In this document: positions 1 to 9,098 of the stretch, piece by piece
Numbering within the stretch: position 1 is the stretch's first letter
Layout of the letters: each line of letters starts with the position of its first letter
IMG/VR virus record: IMGVR_UViG_3300025096_000019
Coordinates: 1 to 58,664 of that record
Source: a virus
Lineage: Duplodnaviria; Caudoviricetes
Strand: one strand, 5' to 3'
DNA length: 58,664 nucleotides
Position numbers and translations under genes: made by a program
The notes under the pieces: model-generated
What the model was told of the DNA's origin: nothing
The model's input: the letters and a program-made list of their open reading frames with translations, nothing else
Databases searched by the model: none

Positions 1-211
1 AAGGATCAGCACCAAGAGTAAGTCCTGCTACTGCCTTACTACCAATCTCAATATGTTTAAGCATCAGGTTTGATACTAATTCCAAACCTCTACCAGTAAG
101 AATTACTGGTTTACAATTGACATAATGCTCACTTGTTTTACCAGAAGAAAGTTTAAACTCACCTTTACGATAAGCCTTCTCTTTAAGCAACTCTAAAAGT
201 TCTTCTCTCAT
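1..211 (-). CDS. pyrE: Orotate phosphoribosyltransferase, N-terminal part (runs off window edge)
   Basis: Not in ORF track. Manual translation from ATG at 211: [35 protein letters not shown]...[11 protein letters not shown], with the OPRT F-x-LSSG-x2-S-x2-Y and GLTLGADP motifs. ATGA overlap with the upstream ORF. Confidence 0.92.
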   Translation of the reverse strand, partial: MREELLELLKEKAYRKGEFKLSSGKTSEHYVNCKPVILTGRGLELVSNLMLKHIEIGSKAVAGLTLGADP

Positions 212-432
212 CTAGTTACAATCCCCATCGATGGTGGAAGATTACTATGGGCAATGGAACCTTTATATGGATTCTTAGTCCTATTCAAAATAGTAATAAA
301 CTTATCTGCTACAAATGTACCAGCAACACATACTTCAATCTCATCCCCATCATCCCAGATAGGATCTCCATTCTTCTTTCTGGTATCCAATGCCTTCTCA
401 AGGTCTTTAATAATCTGTTTAGTAATTTTCAT
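208..432 (-). CDS. Hypothetical protein (74 aa)
   Basis: Fills the gap between the cytidylyltransferase and pyrE; stop overlaps the pyrE ATG (ATGA). Confidence 0.7.
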   Translation of the reverse strand: MKITKQIIKDLEKALDTRKKNGDPIWDDGDEIEVCVAGTFVADKFITILNRTKNPYKGSIAHSNLPPSMGIVTR

Positions 433-435
433 GGT

Positions 436-831
436 TCATTTAAATTGACACCTATCAATTGTTTTTGTTGTGGAATATTCTACCATTCTATCAAAGAAAA
501 TTAATTCACCATCATAATAAGATTTGATGGTGGATTTCTCTTTCCAATCAGAACCTACTATTATTATATCAGGTTTAAGCGACTTTATCAACTCCTCAAA
601 TTCTGGTTCACTAGAAAAAAATATTACTTCATCGACTGATCTTAAATTCTCAAGAAGAAACTTTCTCTCTTCCTGATTGTGTATGGGTCTACTAGGACCC
701 TTCTTTTCTTTTATACATTCATCAGTATCAATCCCAACAATAACATACCCAAAACTTTTTGCATAATTTAAAAGTTCAAGATGTCCCCTATGGAGAATGT
801 CAAAAGTTCCATTAACAAAAACTCTTTTCAC
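436..831 (-). CDS. Cytidylyltransferase-family nucleotidyltransferase (RfaE domain II / glycerol-3-phosphate cytidylyltransferase-like)
   Basis: NGTFDILHRGH (HxGH), KKGPSRPI, GSDW and YSTT motifs. Likely GTG start at 831 overlapping the gp44 TAG stop (track start 846). Confidence 0.88.
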   Translation of the reverse strand: MKRVFVNGTFDILHRGHLELLNYAKSFGYVIVGIDTDECIKEKKGPSRPIHNQEERKFLLENLRSVDEVIFFSSEPEFEELIKSLKPDIIIVGSDWKEKSTIKSYYDGELIFFDRMVEYSTTKTIDRCQFK

Positions 832-1772
832 TAACGGAACTCGCATTCTACCATAATTTCAGTTAATGCTGCTAACAGATTTATCTCTTGATCTGCTACG
901 AACGCGATCTGGTATTGGTATCTCGCAATAATAAGAACGGCAGCAGGTATAGTATTAGGGACCAAGGATTCGTATAGACTATCGTAGATACGACGAAGTA
1001 ATACAGAAGAATCATTATCCATATTAGCGACCACCCATTTACGAACCTCAGGGAAATTTTTTCCTTTAAGATTTTTAATGAGATCATCTACAACAACGTC
1101 TGAGAACGCCGCAAGTATTCCCGTATCAATTTTTCCCCCGACCGAGTACCTCTGACATTCATTAAGAACTCGTCTCCAATCAGGAAAATGCTTATTAATG
1201 AGCTGAACAAGAACTTTCTTATCGGCTTCAATTTTCTCTTGCTCCAAGATGTTGTTGAGTCTTTTGAAGAATTCAGCAGCAATCGTCTGCTTCTCCTTAC
1301 CCTTAACACTGAATTCGACCACAGCACACCTGGAGTGAAGCGGTTCGATAATCTTATTCTTGTAGTTGCATGTAAAAATGAATCGGCAGTTACCTGCAAA
1401 TTCTTCAATGAAAGCCCGTAAGAGGAGTTGTACGTCGTTACCCGTGTTGTCTGCTTCATCGATGATAACAACTTTGTGTTTTGCTTCTGACGCAAGCGAG
1501 ACCGTCGAGGCAAAGTTTTTCGCATTATTACGGACGGTATCGAGGAACCGTCCTTCGTCCGATCCGTTAATGACATAGAAGTCTACCCCCAGTTCGTTAC
1601 AAAGTGCTTTTGCTACTGTTGTCTTACCGACCCCAGGAGGACCAGCAAGTAACATATTTGGTATTTCACCCTTATTTAGGAAGTCGCTAAACGTTTTCTT
1701 TATATTGTCAGGTAAAATACATTCCTCAATAGTTTGAGGTCTATACTTTTCAACCCAGATAAAGTCACTCAT
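831..1772 (-). CDS. gp44: Clamp loader large subunit (T4 gp44-like)
   Basis: WVEKYRP, Walker A GPPGVGKT, Walker B IIDEAD, SRC motif, FPDWRR. Confidence 0.97.
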   Translation of the reverse strand: MSDFIWVEKYRPQTIEECILPDNIKKTFSDFLNKGEIPNMLLAGPPGVGKTTVAKALCNELGVDFYVINGSDEGRFLDTVRNNAKNFASTVSLASEAKHKVVIIDEADNTGNDVQLLLRAFIEEFAGNCRFIFTCNYKNKIIEPLHSRCAVVEFSVKGKEKQTIAAEFFKRLNNILEQEKIEADKKVLVQLINKHFPDWRRVLNECQRYSVGGKIDTGILAAFSDVVVDDLIKNLKGKNFPEVRKWVVANMDNDSSVLLRRIYDSLYESLVPNTIPAAVLIIARYQYQIAFVADQEINLLAALTEIMVECEFR

Positions 1773-1993
1773 GATGTAGAAAGTTGAACAATTTTAGTAA
1801 TGTCAATTACTGCGAAGAATGATGATACACATGCAATATCATATGCCTTACAATTAAGTGAAAAAGGTAATACTAAAAGATTACCAAAAAGACGAGCAGT
1901 GCATCCAGATTTCACATCAACGTACAATACGAGGAAGTAACCCACAATAAGTAAGATACTCCCCAATAATCGGCATTTAGTTATGGTTGTCAT
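1769..1993 (-). CDS. Small hydrophobic (probable membrane) protein
   Basis: 74 aa with up to three hydrophobic segments; 4-nt ATGA overlaps with both gp45 and gp44. Confidence 0.65.
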   Translation of the reverse strand: MTTITKCRLLGSILLIVGYFLVLYVDVKSGCTARLFGNLLVLPFSLNCKAYDIACVSSFFAVIDITKIVQLSTS

Positions 1994-2679
1994 CCAAAGG
2001 TAGAATCAGGTTCCAGAGCAATATAATACTTCAAATCATACTGACTATTCGTAAACTGTGATAAAAGTTTAGATGAAATTATCACATCATATGCACCAGG
2101 AATAATTTTAATATTCTCTACTCTAAAATTAAATGTAAATTCCTTAACAGTTTCACCAACAGCAATGGCGAATGTATTAGAGGTATCATTCTTCTTATCA
2201 CGAACAACTAAGTTAACTACACCAGAACCACCAATGACACTGAAATCAGGAAGTTGATATACAGCTGCTGCTTTAAGGAGTTTTTCCAAAGACGCACTCT
2301 CTAATTGAAAATGTACATCCTCAGATGGAAGTGTAATCTCCTTATCAGGAGGTGAGATAATAACATTAGGATCTGCATAAAAATACCTAACCTTACGCTT
2401 ACCTTCCTGAATAGTAATATAAGAATCTTGTGAGAAATCTAGATCAGGATCTTGGTGAAGATCCAATCCATTCAGAAATTGATTCAAATCATAGATAGCA
2501 AACTCACGAGGAAACTGTTCCTCAATTATTGCTTCTGCAAGAATATTCTTAGCAACAGAAATAGTACGAAGTTGATTCCCTTTCTTTACAAGAATAGAAT
2601 TATTAATTCCAGCAAAGTTCTTAAGGATGGTCAGAGTCTTGTCAGATAAATTCATTTTTTCAGTTGATCTAAGTTTCAT
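1990..2679 (-). CDS. gp45: DNA polymerase sliding clamp (T4 gp45-like)
   Basis: LKNFAGINNSI, FAIYDLNQFL, YYIALEPDS; next to gp44. Alternative start at 2655. Confidence 0.96.
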   Translation of the reverse strand: MKLRSTEKMNLSDKTLTILKNFAGINNSILVKKGNQLRTISVAKNILAEAIIEEQFPREFAIYDLNQFLNGLDLHQDPDLDFSQDSYITIQEGKRKVRYFYADPNVIISPPDKEITLPSEDVHFQLESASLEKLLKAAAVYQLPDFSVIGGSGVVNLVVRDKKNDTSNTFAIAVGETVKEFTFNFRVENIKIIPGAYDVIISSKLLSQFTNSQYDLKYYIALEPDSTFG

Positions 2680-2681
2680 AA

Positions 2682-3107
2682 TTAAGGCATTGTGTGATCA
2701 ATATTTCCAGTAGTTAAAGATGGTTTACCGTAATGATCATCGAAGTGTAAGAGTAGCATAGCATAATGGATGACTTTCATCAAGTCTTTCTTTTCTTTTC
2801 CATCCTTACTTCCATACCTACTACCATACTTTATAATATTTGCCTGACAAAATCCAGAAGCAATGTCCCGTGCTGCCAATAAATCTAAGGTTTGAACCTT
2901 ACGATACTCATGACTAGTACCAGTGTAATGCCCTCTATAAGTAGAAGATACATAGGATTCAATATCCTTAAGTATCTCCTCTTCATGATATTTAAAATAA
3001 TGCGCTGCCATTTCTTTTTCTAATTCCTCCTTTTTCGATTGAACGTAATTTGCTTCATCATCAGGTCCGTACATAACGTCGTATAATAAACTCCATGAAT
3101 TAGTCAT
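2682..3107 (-). CDS. Conserved cyanophage hypothetical protein (DUF3310/SaV-like)
   Basis: GHY...GFCQANIIKYGSRYGSKDG...DLMKVIHYA pattern. Start moved to ATG 3107 (MTNSW) to minimise overlap with pebS. Confidence 0.75.
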   Translation of the reverse strand: MTNSWSLLYDVMYGPDDEANYVQSKKEELEKEMAAHYFKYHEEEILKDIESYVSSTYRGHYTGTSHEYRKVQTLDLLAARDIASGFCQANIIKYGSRYGSKDGKEKKDLMKVIHYAMLLLHFDDHYGKPSLTTGNIDHTMP

Positions 3108-3717
3108 AACAGAATAAAAACTCATCAATAAATGATCCTGTTTTCTCCTTTCCAAATTTTTGCGAAAGAAATCCAGCAACTGGATCCAACTTCTTCATAT
3201 ACTTATCAAAATCTGAATAGAAAGCAGTGTCTTCGCCAGTTGGTTTCTTACATTCTACCATATCTTTGAACTTAGTCAAGTATTTCTTAAACATATCAAG
3301 ATGTTCATCAACCTCAGATGGAGCACATTTAGCAACATAAATGTTTTCAGAAAAATGATTACCAGGTTCAAAAAACCTAATATTTCCTTCCTGTTTAGGC
3401 AATCCATCCACAGAAAACATATAATTTTCCACAGGGTGTTGATAATCAAAGACAATAATAACCTTCTTCTCAGAAAATTTCATCAAATCTACACCAAAAC
3501 ATGGAAGATTAGATCCAGTCTTAGGGTAAATGATAGTATTGTAAATATCACATCTAGAATCCCAAACCTCAGTCTCTCTCATCTTAATAAAATATGGATG
3601 AGTATAAAGATTTGCTCTCAATTCAGCACCATTAGAACTCCAGTTTGCCCACTGTTGAGTAAATGTTAAGTCAAAAGTATGACCTAACACTTCTTTATAA
3701 TTATTCCACAGATTCAT
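3100..3717 (-). CDS. pebS: Phycoerythrobilin synthase (ferredoxin-dependent bilin reductase)
   Basis: DIYNTIIYPKTG, LPCFGVDLMKFS, VFDYQHP, RFFEPGNHFS, FDKYMKKLDPV closely match cyanophage PebS as I recall it, with both catalytic Asp positions (GVD, LDPV). Start at 3717 (MNLW). Confidence 0.92.
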   Translation of the reverse strand: MNLWNNYKEVLGHTFDLTFTQQWANWSSNGAELRANLYTHPYFIKMRETEVWDSRCDIYNTIIYPKTGSNLPCFGVDLMKFSEKKVIIVFDYQHPVENYMFSVDGLPKQEGNIRFFEPGNHFSENIYVAKCAPSEVDEHLDMFKKYLTKFKDMVECKKPTGEDTAFYSDFDKYMKKLDPVAGFLSQKFGKEKTGSFIDEFLFCYD

Positions 3718-4816
3718 ATGCTTTATCCTCCGCCCTATCAAATTCGAAATCAGCATCTACTTTATCATACAATTCTAAAAAAGATTGTTTTGTTTCATCA
3801 TCAAAACGATTCACACACACTGCAATTGCTTTCTCCTTTTTACCAAAGATAGCATAAGCACGAATGATATGAACCAGACGACGAGTACTAATGATTTCAT
3901 CAATACCACCATCATAGAACGTTTTACGAATAATGTCAGCCCAATCAACTAATCGTTTACAGAAATCTTTATCATTTACGCCAACACTGTCAGCAACATT
4001 GAAAAGAATCTTCTGTTCAGCAGTAGGAGCAGGATAATCTTGCTCAAATGTTACAGGGAATCTTTCGAGGAAGGCTTCATTAAGCACGTTAGTTCCAATA
4101 AACCGTCCGTCGTCTGAACCTTTACCCTTAGTGTTTGCCGTTGCGATGATGTTGAATCCTTTTGCTGGTCTGATGAATTTTCCGATTTTTTTAATGAAAA
4201 CTCCATTACCTTCAAGGATCGACTGGAGGCAGAGGATTTTGTTACTGGCAAGGTCGATCTCGTCAAGGAGCAAGATACACCCCCGTTGTAAAGCTTCAAT
4301 GACTGGACCGTTGTGCCAGACTGTGGAACCGTCAACAAGGCGGAAGCCACCAATGAGATCATCTTCATCTGTTTCGATAGTAATGTTTACGCGGATAAGT
4401 TCTTTTTTGAGTTGGGAACAGGCTTGTTCGACACTAAACGTTTTACCGTTGCCTGAAAGGCCAGTAATGAATGTAGGGTAAAACAGATTGGCTTTGAGAA
4501 TGGTCTTAATATCGCTAAAAGGACCAAACTTGACGAAGGTATCATCTTTCTCTGGGATAAGGTTTTGTTGAATGCTGTGAGTAACGGCAGGAGCACTGAA
4601 TGATCTCTCAATCTGCTGTACGCTTTCTTTTGTTACTTCAAGGTTCCACTTACCTCTTCCAACTTTAAACTCCTCTAAACGACGAGTTACAGTCTGGTAG
4701 TTGATGCTACGAGAGGCACAGAACCCTTTAACATCGGCAGCAGTTATCTCAACACCGTAAAGAGACTGCAATTCAGTAAGTAAATGTTTATCAGTCAAAG
4801 CAATCTTACGAGGCAT
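3701..4816 (-). CDS. cobS: CobS-like / MoxR-family AAA+ ATPase
   Basis: Walker A GLSGNGKT, Walker B LLLDEID, TANTKG, NEAFLERF, ISTRRL; the standard T4-like cyanophage 'cobS'. Confidence 0.92.
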   Translation of the reverse strand: MPRKIALTDKHLLTELQSLYGVEITAADVKGFCASRSINYQTVTRRLEEFKVGRGKWNLEVTKESVQQIERSFSAPAVTHSIQQNLIPEKDDTFVKFGPFSDIKTILKANLFYPTFITGLSGNGKTFSVEQACSQLKKELIRVNITIETDEDDLIGGFRLVDGSTVWHNGPVIEALQRGCILLLDEIDLASNKILCLQSILEGNGVFIKKIGKFIRPAKGFNIIATANTKGKGSDDGRFIGTNVLNEAFLERFPVTFEQDYPAPTAEQKILFNVADSVGVNDKDFCKRLVDWADIIRKTFYDGGIDEIISTRRLVHIIRAYAIFGKKEKAIAVCVNRFDDETKQSFLELYDKVDADFEFDRAEDKAYESVE

Positions 4817-4828
4817 GATGTAGCGTTT

Positions 4829-4899
4829 TATTTATGAAGTTATTATAACAATAAAAAGAAGTATATTAAACCTCTTGTAGACACTTTACAAAGTGTCTA
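4829..4899 (-). promoter_or_regulatory. Promoter of cobS: palindrome + extended -10, plus late-promoter box
   Basis: Palindrome TAGACACTT-N4-AAGTGTCTA at 4878-4899; TG-t-TATAAT at 4842-4850 (minus strand); ATAAATA at 4829-4835. Confidence 0.7.
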
Positions 4900-7023
4900 T
4901 GCTATCAACTCCATAAACTCTCCCAATACTCTCTTATTCATCTTCTTACATTTAAGACTCTTCACAAATGCACGTTTAATTTGTGCCTTGGTTGCATCAT
5001 CAACAACATCAAATTCATCATCATTTCCCAATGCATTTGCAGAAAATCCAAAATAAGTATGGTATCCAGAATTTTTAATAGCAAATGATTTTTCCCTTTT
5101 CCAACTCTTCATTACCTTATCATATTCATCACTATGCCCAATATATCTACGAATAAACTGGCCAGCATCTCTTGAAGTAAGAACACGAATACCAATGAAA
5201 TTAGTCTGAGGATAGCTCTGACGTAAATCATGTAATAATAAATCAGTTACATCTGCCCAATACCCCATTCCCTCACAAGAATAAGTATGTCCTGTTCTAC
5301 GATTACGGAGTACACAACGATCATTAATATACTGACTCCCCATAAAAGGATTAGACTCCCAATTACGTTGAAACTCCTTACTATATCTCAAAGGAGCAGC
5401 TTCTCCATCAGTAAGAATAACACATTGAACTTTCTGCAGATTATGTTCTTTCTTAAATTCAGGCAAAATCTGATGTAATGAAATTAAAGCTTCATTTAAT
5501 GGAGTACCAGACAGATTCATACCTATCGGAACATTATAAGGTACATAAAATTGATGACCAAAAGCAAGTGCAATACGGAATATATTCTTCATTTGTTGGT
5601 CCAAAGTCTTAGCATTAACCCTACTACTAAACAAATTCATCAAAGAAAATGTTTCTTCAATAAGAGCTATCCCAACTTTCTTCTCATAAGCAAGTCTATG
5701 CATCCCTTCAGATGATGGATACTCATGAGTAAAAGCATAAACCTCAAAAGGAATATTAACCTTCTTACAAAACCACAACAAATTATATAATTGTTTAATC
5801 GTATCCAACATCACATCTGACATTGATCCAGACCAATCCAAAATAAACACTAATCCATGATTCTTTCCATCAGGAATAATACTTACCTTTCTAAAAATAT
5901 CCTCATTATACTTGTAGGTATGAAGTTTAGTTGTATCCAAAACTCCGGTTCTAGCAGTAGTAGCACGAGCATATGCATCAGCAGACTTCTTACACTCAAA
6001 CTCCTTAACCATATAATTTACTTCTTTTTGTGCAGACTTCTTAAACTTTACAAATTCACCATCTGCTTCTCCAAATATATCCCGAATAGTAAGAAATTCT
6101 GATTTTAACCAATCTTCCTCTTGCTCTATAAAATCCCCAGCAATACCACTATGAATTTTAGTATTAGAAATAATAATTCTACGCAAATCTACCTTTGGTA
6201 ACTCAACATAAACATGTTCAGCACCACTCATCTTATTATTAAGATCTTTAAGACTATCTTCAAGAGATTGAAGAGTCTTTATTTCTAAATCACTAACACC
6301 ACCAACAGTACTTGTCTCACAATAACTAGGAGTATCTAATTGAGCAGGATCATTATTTGATGAAGATTCTTCCAATTCTTCCAACAATTCTTCATCAGTC
6401 ATCTCATCGAGATCTTTTTCATCACACATACTTATCCCTTTCTGCTCTCCTACATTATCTTCTTTGGTATTGTTTTCCACTTCTTTCTTACAATACTCAT
6501 ATAACATCAATGCAGCTTTCTTCACATCATCAAAAGTTTCACACTTTTCAATTATACTGACAATCTGTTTTTCAGTAGTCGAAAAATATATAGGAACGAA
6601 CGAACCAATCTTGAAATATAAATTAGTCCTATCAGCAATATTAAAAGTATTAAGATCTTCATTTTCTATATCAAAGAAATCATTATCATTAAGTTCATTA
6701 TATCCATTATAGAATGATTTAGCAAGTCCAGGATATTTCCTCTTCATTAATTTCTCAACTCTTGCATCTTCCACAATGTTTACAAATTGTTGAGGTATTG
6801 AATCCAAATAATCCCACTCATCAGGTGTATAAAGTGCATGTCCAACTTCATGTCCTACAAGCATATCATATACATTATTACTTGCCTTATCCCAATTAGG
6901 GAGTATAAGAACACGAGTGTGAACATTAAACTGAGCAGTATCTACTTTCTTATGTTCAACGATAAGATCTTCAGTGGCAAGAAGTTTGGCAAGTTGTGAT
7001 TTGATTTCGTGCTTGACTACCAT
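4897..7023 (-). CDS. Putative metallopeptidase with C-terminal VWA domain (CobT-like partner of CobS)
   Basis: HEVGH zinc motif, NIVEDARVE, acidic linker, VWA MIDAS DWSGSM...SGTPL...ILTDGE. Confidence 0.88.
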   Translation of the reverse strand: MVVKHEIKSQLAKLLATEDLIVEHKKVDTAQFNVHTRVLILPNWDKASNNVYDMLVGHEVGHALYTPDEWDYLDSIPQQFVNIVEDARVEKLMKRKYPGLAKSFYNGYNELNDNDFFDIENEDLNTFNIADRTNLYFKIGSFVPIYFSTTEKQIVSIIEKCETFDDVKKAALMLYEYCKKEVENNTKEDNVGEQKGISMCDEKDLDEMTDEELLEELEESSSNNDPAQLDTPSYCETSTVGGVSDLEIKTLQSLEDSLKDLNNKMSGAEHVYVELPKVDLRRIIISNTKIHSGIAGDFIEQEEDWLKSEFLTIRDIFGEADGEFVKFKKSAQKEVNYMVKEFECKKSADAYARATTARTGVLDTTKLHTYKYNEDIFRKVSIIPDGKNHGLVFILDWSGSMSDVMLDTIKQLYNLLWFCKKVNIPFEVYAFTHEYPSSEGMHRLAYEKKVGIALIEETFSLMNLFSSRVNAKTLDQQMKNIFRIALAFGHQFYVPYNVPIGMNLSGTPLNEALISLHQILPEFKKEHNLQKVQCVILTDGEAAPLRYSKEFQRNWESNPFMGSQYINDRCVLRNRRTGHTYSCEGMGYWADVTDLLLHDLRQSYPQTNFIGIRVLTSRDAGQFIRRYIGHSDEYDKVMKSWKREKSFAIKNSGYHTYFGFSANALGNDDEFDVVDDATKAQIKRAFVKSLKCKKMNKRVLGEFMELIA

Positions 7024-7217
7024 TGCTTACTCCTTAATTTCTTAACAAGACGAATAGCTTCATTAATATCCAAATCCCATCCTTCATCACCTTTATCAAC
7101 TAAATGTTTAACAATGACTTCATCTGCTTCCTCTTTCATATAGATGGCAGAAATAAGTGCTTCGGAACAGTAATCTTCATAGGTTGCATTCCAACCTAAA
7201 TCCGATGGCATGTGCAT
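7017..7217 (-). CDS. Hypothetical acidic protein (66 aa)
   Basis: Lies just downstream of the promoter at 7241-7297; overlaps the start of the peptidase gene. Confidence 0.6.
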   Translation of the reverse strand: MHMPSDLGWNATYEDYCSEALISAIYMKEEADEVIVKHLVDKGDEGWDLDINEAIRLVKKLRSKQW

Positions 7218-7386
7218 GGTGCTTTGTTTCGGTTGAACCTATTATACGAGAAAACCTCCCTTTTGAGGAGGTCATTAGACGGTTTATCAACTGTCTACGT
7301 CTTGCCTTAGCAGCACGTAGAGCCTGTGGTTTAAGTTTTCTTTTGGGTGGCTTCCCAGAGTTGTGTTGCCAGTTTGGAGTATTCAT
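7177..7386 (-). CDS. Small basic hypothetical protein
   Basis: PNWQHNSGKPPKRKLKPQALR, a short gene type that follows gp46 in cyanomyoviruses. The 3' half overlaps a promoter. Confidence 0.6.
   Translation of the reverse strand: MNTPNWQHNSGKPPKRKLKPQALRAAKARRRQLINRLMTSSKGRFSRIIGSTETKHHAHAIGFRLECNL
7241..7297 (-). promoter_or_regulatory. Palindrome-type promoter upstream of the peptidase operon
   Basis: TAGACGGTT-N4-AACTGTCTA at 7276-7297, second inverted repeat ACCTCC/GGAGGT at 7254-7272, TATAAT at 7241-7246 (minus strand). Confidence 0.7.
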
Positions 7387-7388
7387 GA

Positions 7389-9098
7389 CTACATCATACG
7401 TGAAAATCCTTTTACCTTATCAAACCTTATGACACTTTCAAATTTGTCATTCAGTTCCGATTTATGAGATATAACAAAAATGTTAGCACCCTTTATTATA
7501 TAGCGAATAATCTTTAAAAATTCTTCTGTTCCAAATCCATCAAGAGAACTATCAAACACCTCATCCATAATCAACAGATTAGTATTAACAGAATTCTTTA
7601 CCCTAGCAACTTCTCTCCATGTAAAAAGTAATGCTAAATCAATCCTCATCTTTTCACCTTCACTAAATGATGAATATGAAAAATCTTCATGAATTGGAGA
7701 CTTAACAGTTTCATTAAACTCCTCATCTAATGTAAAATTAATATAAAAATCCATCAGCTGTAGGTATCTATTGACCTGCTGATTAATAAACGGAAGATAC
7801 TTCTTAATGATTTTAGTTTTTACACCATCATCCTTTAATAAAGAATATGCAAAATCATGATGAATAACATCTTCTCTTCTTATTGAAATATCTTCTTTTG
7901 TCTCTTTAAGATTTACTTTAAACTCTACTAACTTGTCATGCTCAGTATTTCTGTCTGCAAGTTGGTCGGTAAGTCTCTGAACTTCCGATTCCAAATCCCT
8001 GATCTGTCGTTGACATCCAGAAATTCGCGTATTGTTTTGAGAAATGCCATTATTGAGTTTAGTAATCTCCTTTGATAGTTTGTTAAATTGACGTTCTCGA
8101 TCTTGTTCAGATTTAATGGTCTCTTCCAGATCTTGATAACCCTTCTTGAGTTCCCTTGCTTTATTTTGAACGTCATCAATCCTATTTAAGCGAAACTCTT
8201 CCTTAAGAGATTGTGTACATGTTGGGCAGACTACATTTTCCTCAAAAAACTTATGTTCTTTGGCAACAGTTGCTACTTTTTGAGTAATTTTACCCTTCAT
8301 AGTATTAAGTTTCACTAACTTTTCTGCTGCTCCTGTTACATCTTCTTGCTCACCAATAAGATCAGATATATTTGATTCATTAATCTCATTTAGTTCCATC
8401 TGAGTATTAACTTCAACAGTTAATACTTTAATTTTATCATGTTTTTCTTGGATATTAGTCTTACCCTGTTCCTCTAGTTCTTCAATAAACTGTCTCTGCA
8501 TTAAGATCTTATCATTTATATTCTCTTTACGTAGTTCCAAAGATTTTATCTGCTCTCTTTGAATACGCATCTTATCCTTTATAAGAGAATTCATTGCAGA
8601 AAAGATACGAATATCTAAAAGATCTTCAATAACATCTCGACGATTCGCACCTGTCAATTGCATAAAAGGAACAAAAGTACTACTACCCAAGATCACAATT
8701 TGAGTAAACGACTTATAATTTACTTTCAGAATACTTTCTTCTAATATCTTTTGATTAATACGATCATCAGACTCCTTATGTAAAGGATTACCATTAACTT
8801 CAATATCAAATATATTTGGTCTTATCCCACGTCTAACAAGATAATCCCTACTATTAACACTAAACTGAATCTCTACTAAACAGTCTCTCTCATTAGTAGT
8901 ATTGATTAATTGTGGTTTATTAATTTTACGAAATGGTTTATTGAATAGCACAAAAGTCAGTGCATCCAGCATAGTAGACTTACCAGCACCATTTGTTCCA
9001 ACTATTAAATTGGTATTATGTTTTTGAAAATCTATCTCACTCCACTGATTCCCTGTGGAAAGAAAATTTTTCCATTTAATTTTCTGGAACGTTATCAT
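7389..9098 (-). CDS. gp46: Recombination endonuclease ATPase subunit (gp46, Rad50/SbcC-like)
   Basis: GTNGAGKST, coiled coil with CPTC zinc hook, FSEGE signature, IMDEVFD, ISH. Confidence 0.97.
   Translation of the reverse strand: MITFQKIKWKNFLSTGNQWSEIDFQKHNTNLIVGTNGAGKSTMLDALTFVLFNKPFRKINKPQLINTTNERDCLVEIQFSVNSRDYLVRRGIRPNIFDIEVNGNPLHKESDDRINQKILEESILKVNYKSFTQIVILGSSTFVPFMQLTGANRRDVIEDLLDIRIFSAMNSLIKDKMRIQREQIKSLELRKENINDKILMQRQFIEELEEQGKTNIQEKHDKIKVLTVEVNTQMELNEINESNISDLIGEQEDVTGAAEKLVKLNTMKGKITQKVATVAKEHKFFEENVVCPTCTQSLKEEFRLNRIDDVQNKARELKKGYQDLEETIKSEQDRERQFNKLSKEITKLNNGISQNNTRISGCQRQIRDLESEVQRLTDQLADRNTEHDKLVEFKVNLKETKEDISIRREDVIHHDFAYSLLKDDGVKTKIIKKYLPFINQQVNRYLQLMDFYINFTLDEEFNETVKSPIHEDFSYSSFSEGEKMRIDLALLFTWREVARVKNSVNTNLLIMDEVFDSSLDGFGTEEFLKIIRYIIKGANIFVISHKSELNDKFESVIRFDKVKGFSRMM

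Noticed and set aside
1088-1576. 162-aa alternative-frame ORF inside gp44 (and similar ones inside cobS)
   Set aside because: Shadow frames in locally GC-richer conserved coding sequence, with no protein-like features.
4060-4560. Locally higher GC in the cobS core as a sign of recent transfer
   Set aside because: A similar pattern occurs in gp44 and gp23 and is more simply explained by codon bias in conserved or highly expressed genes; there are no sharp boundaries.
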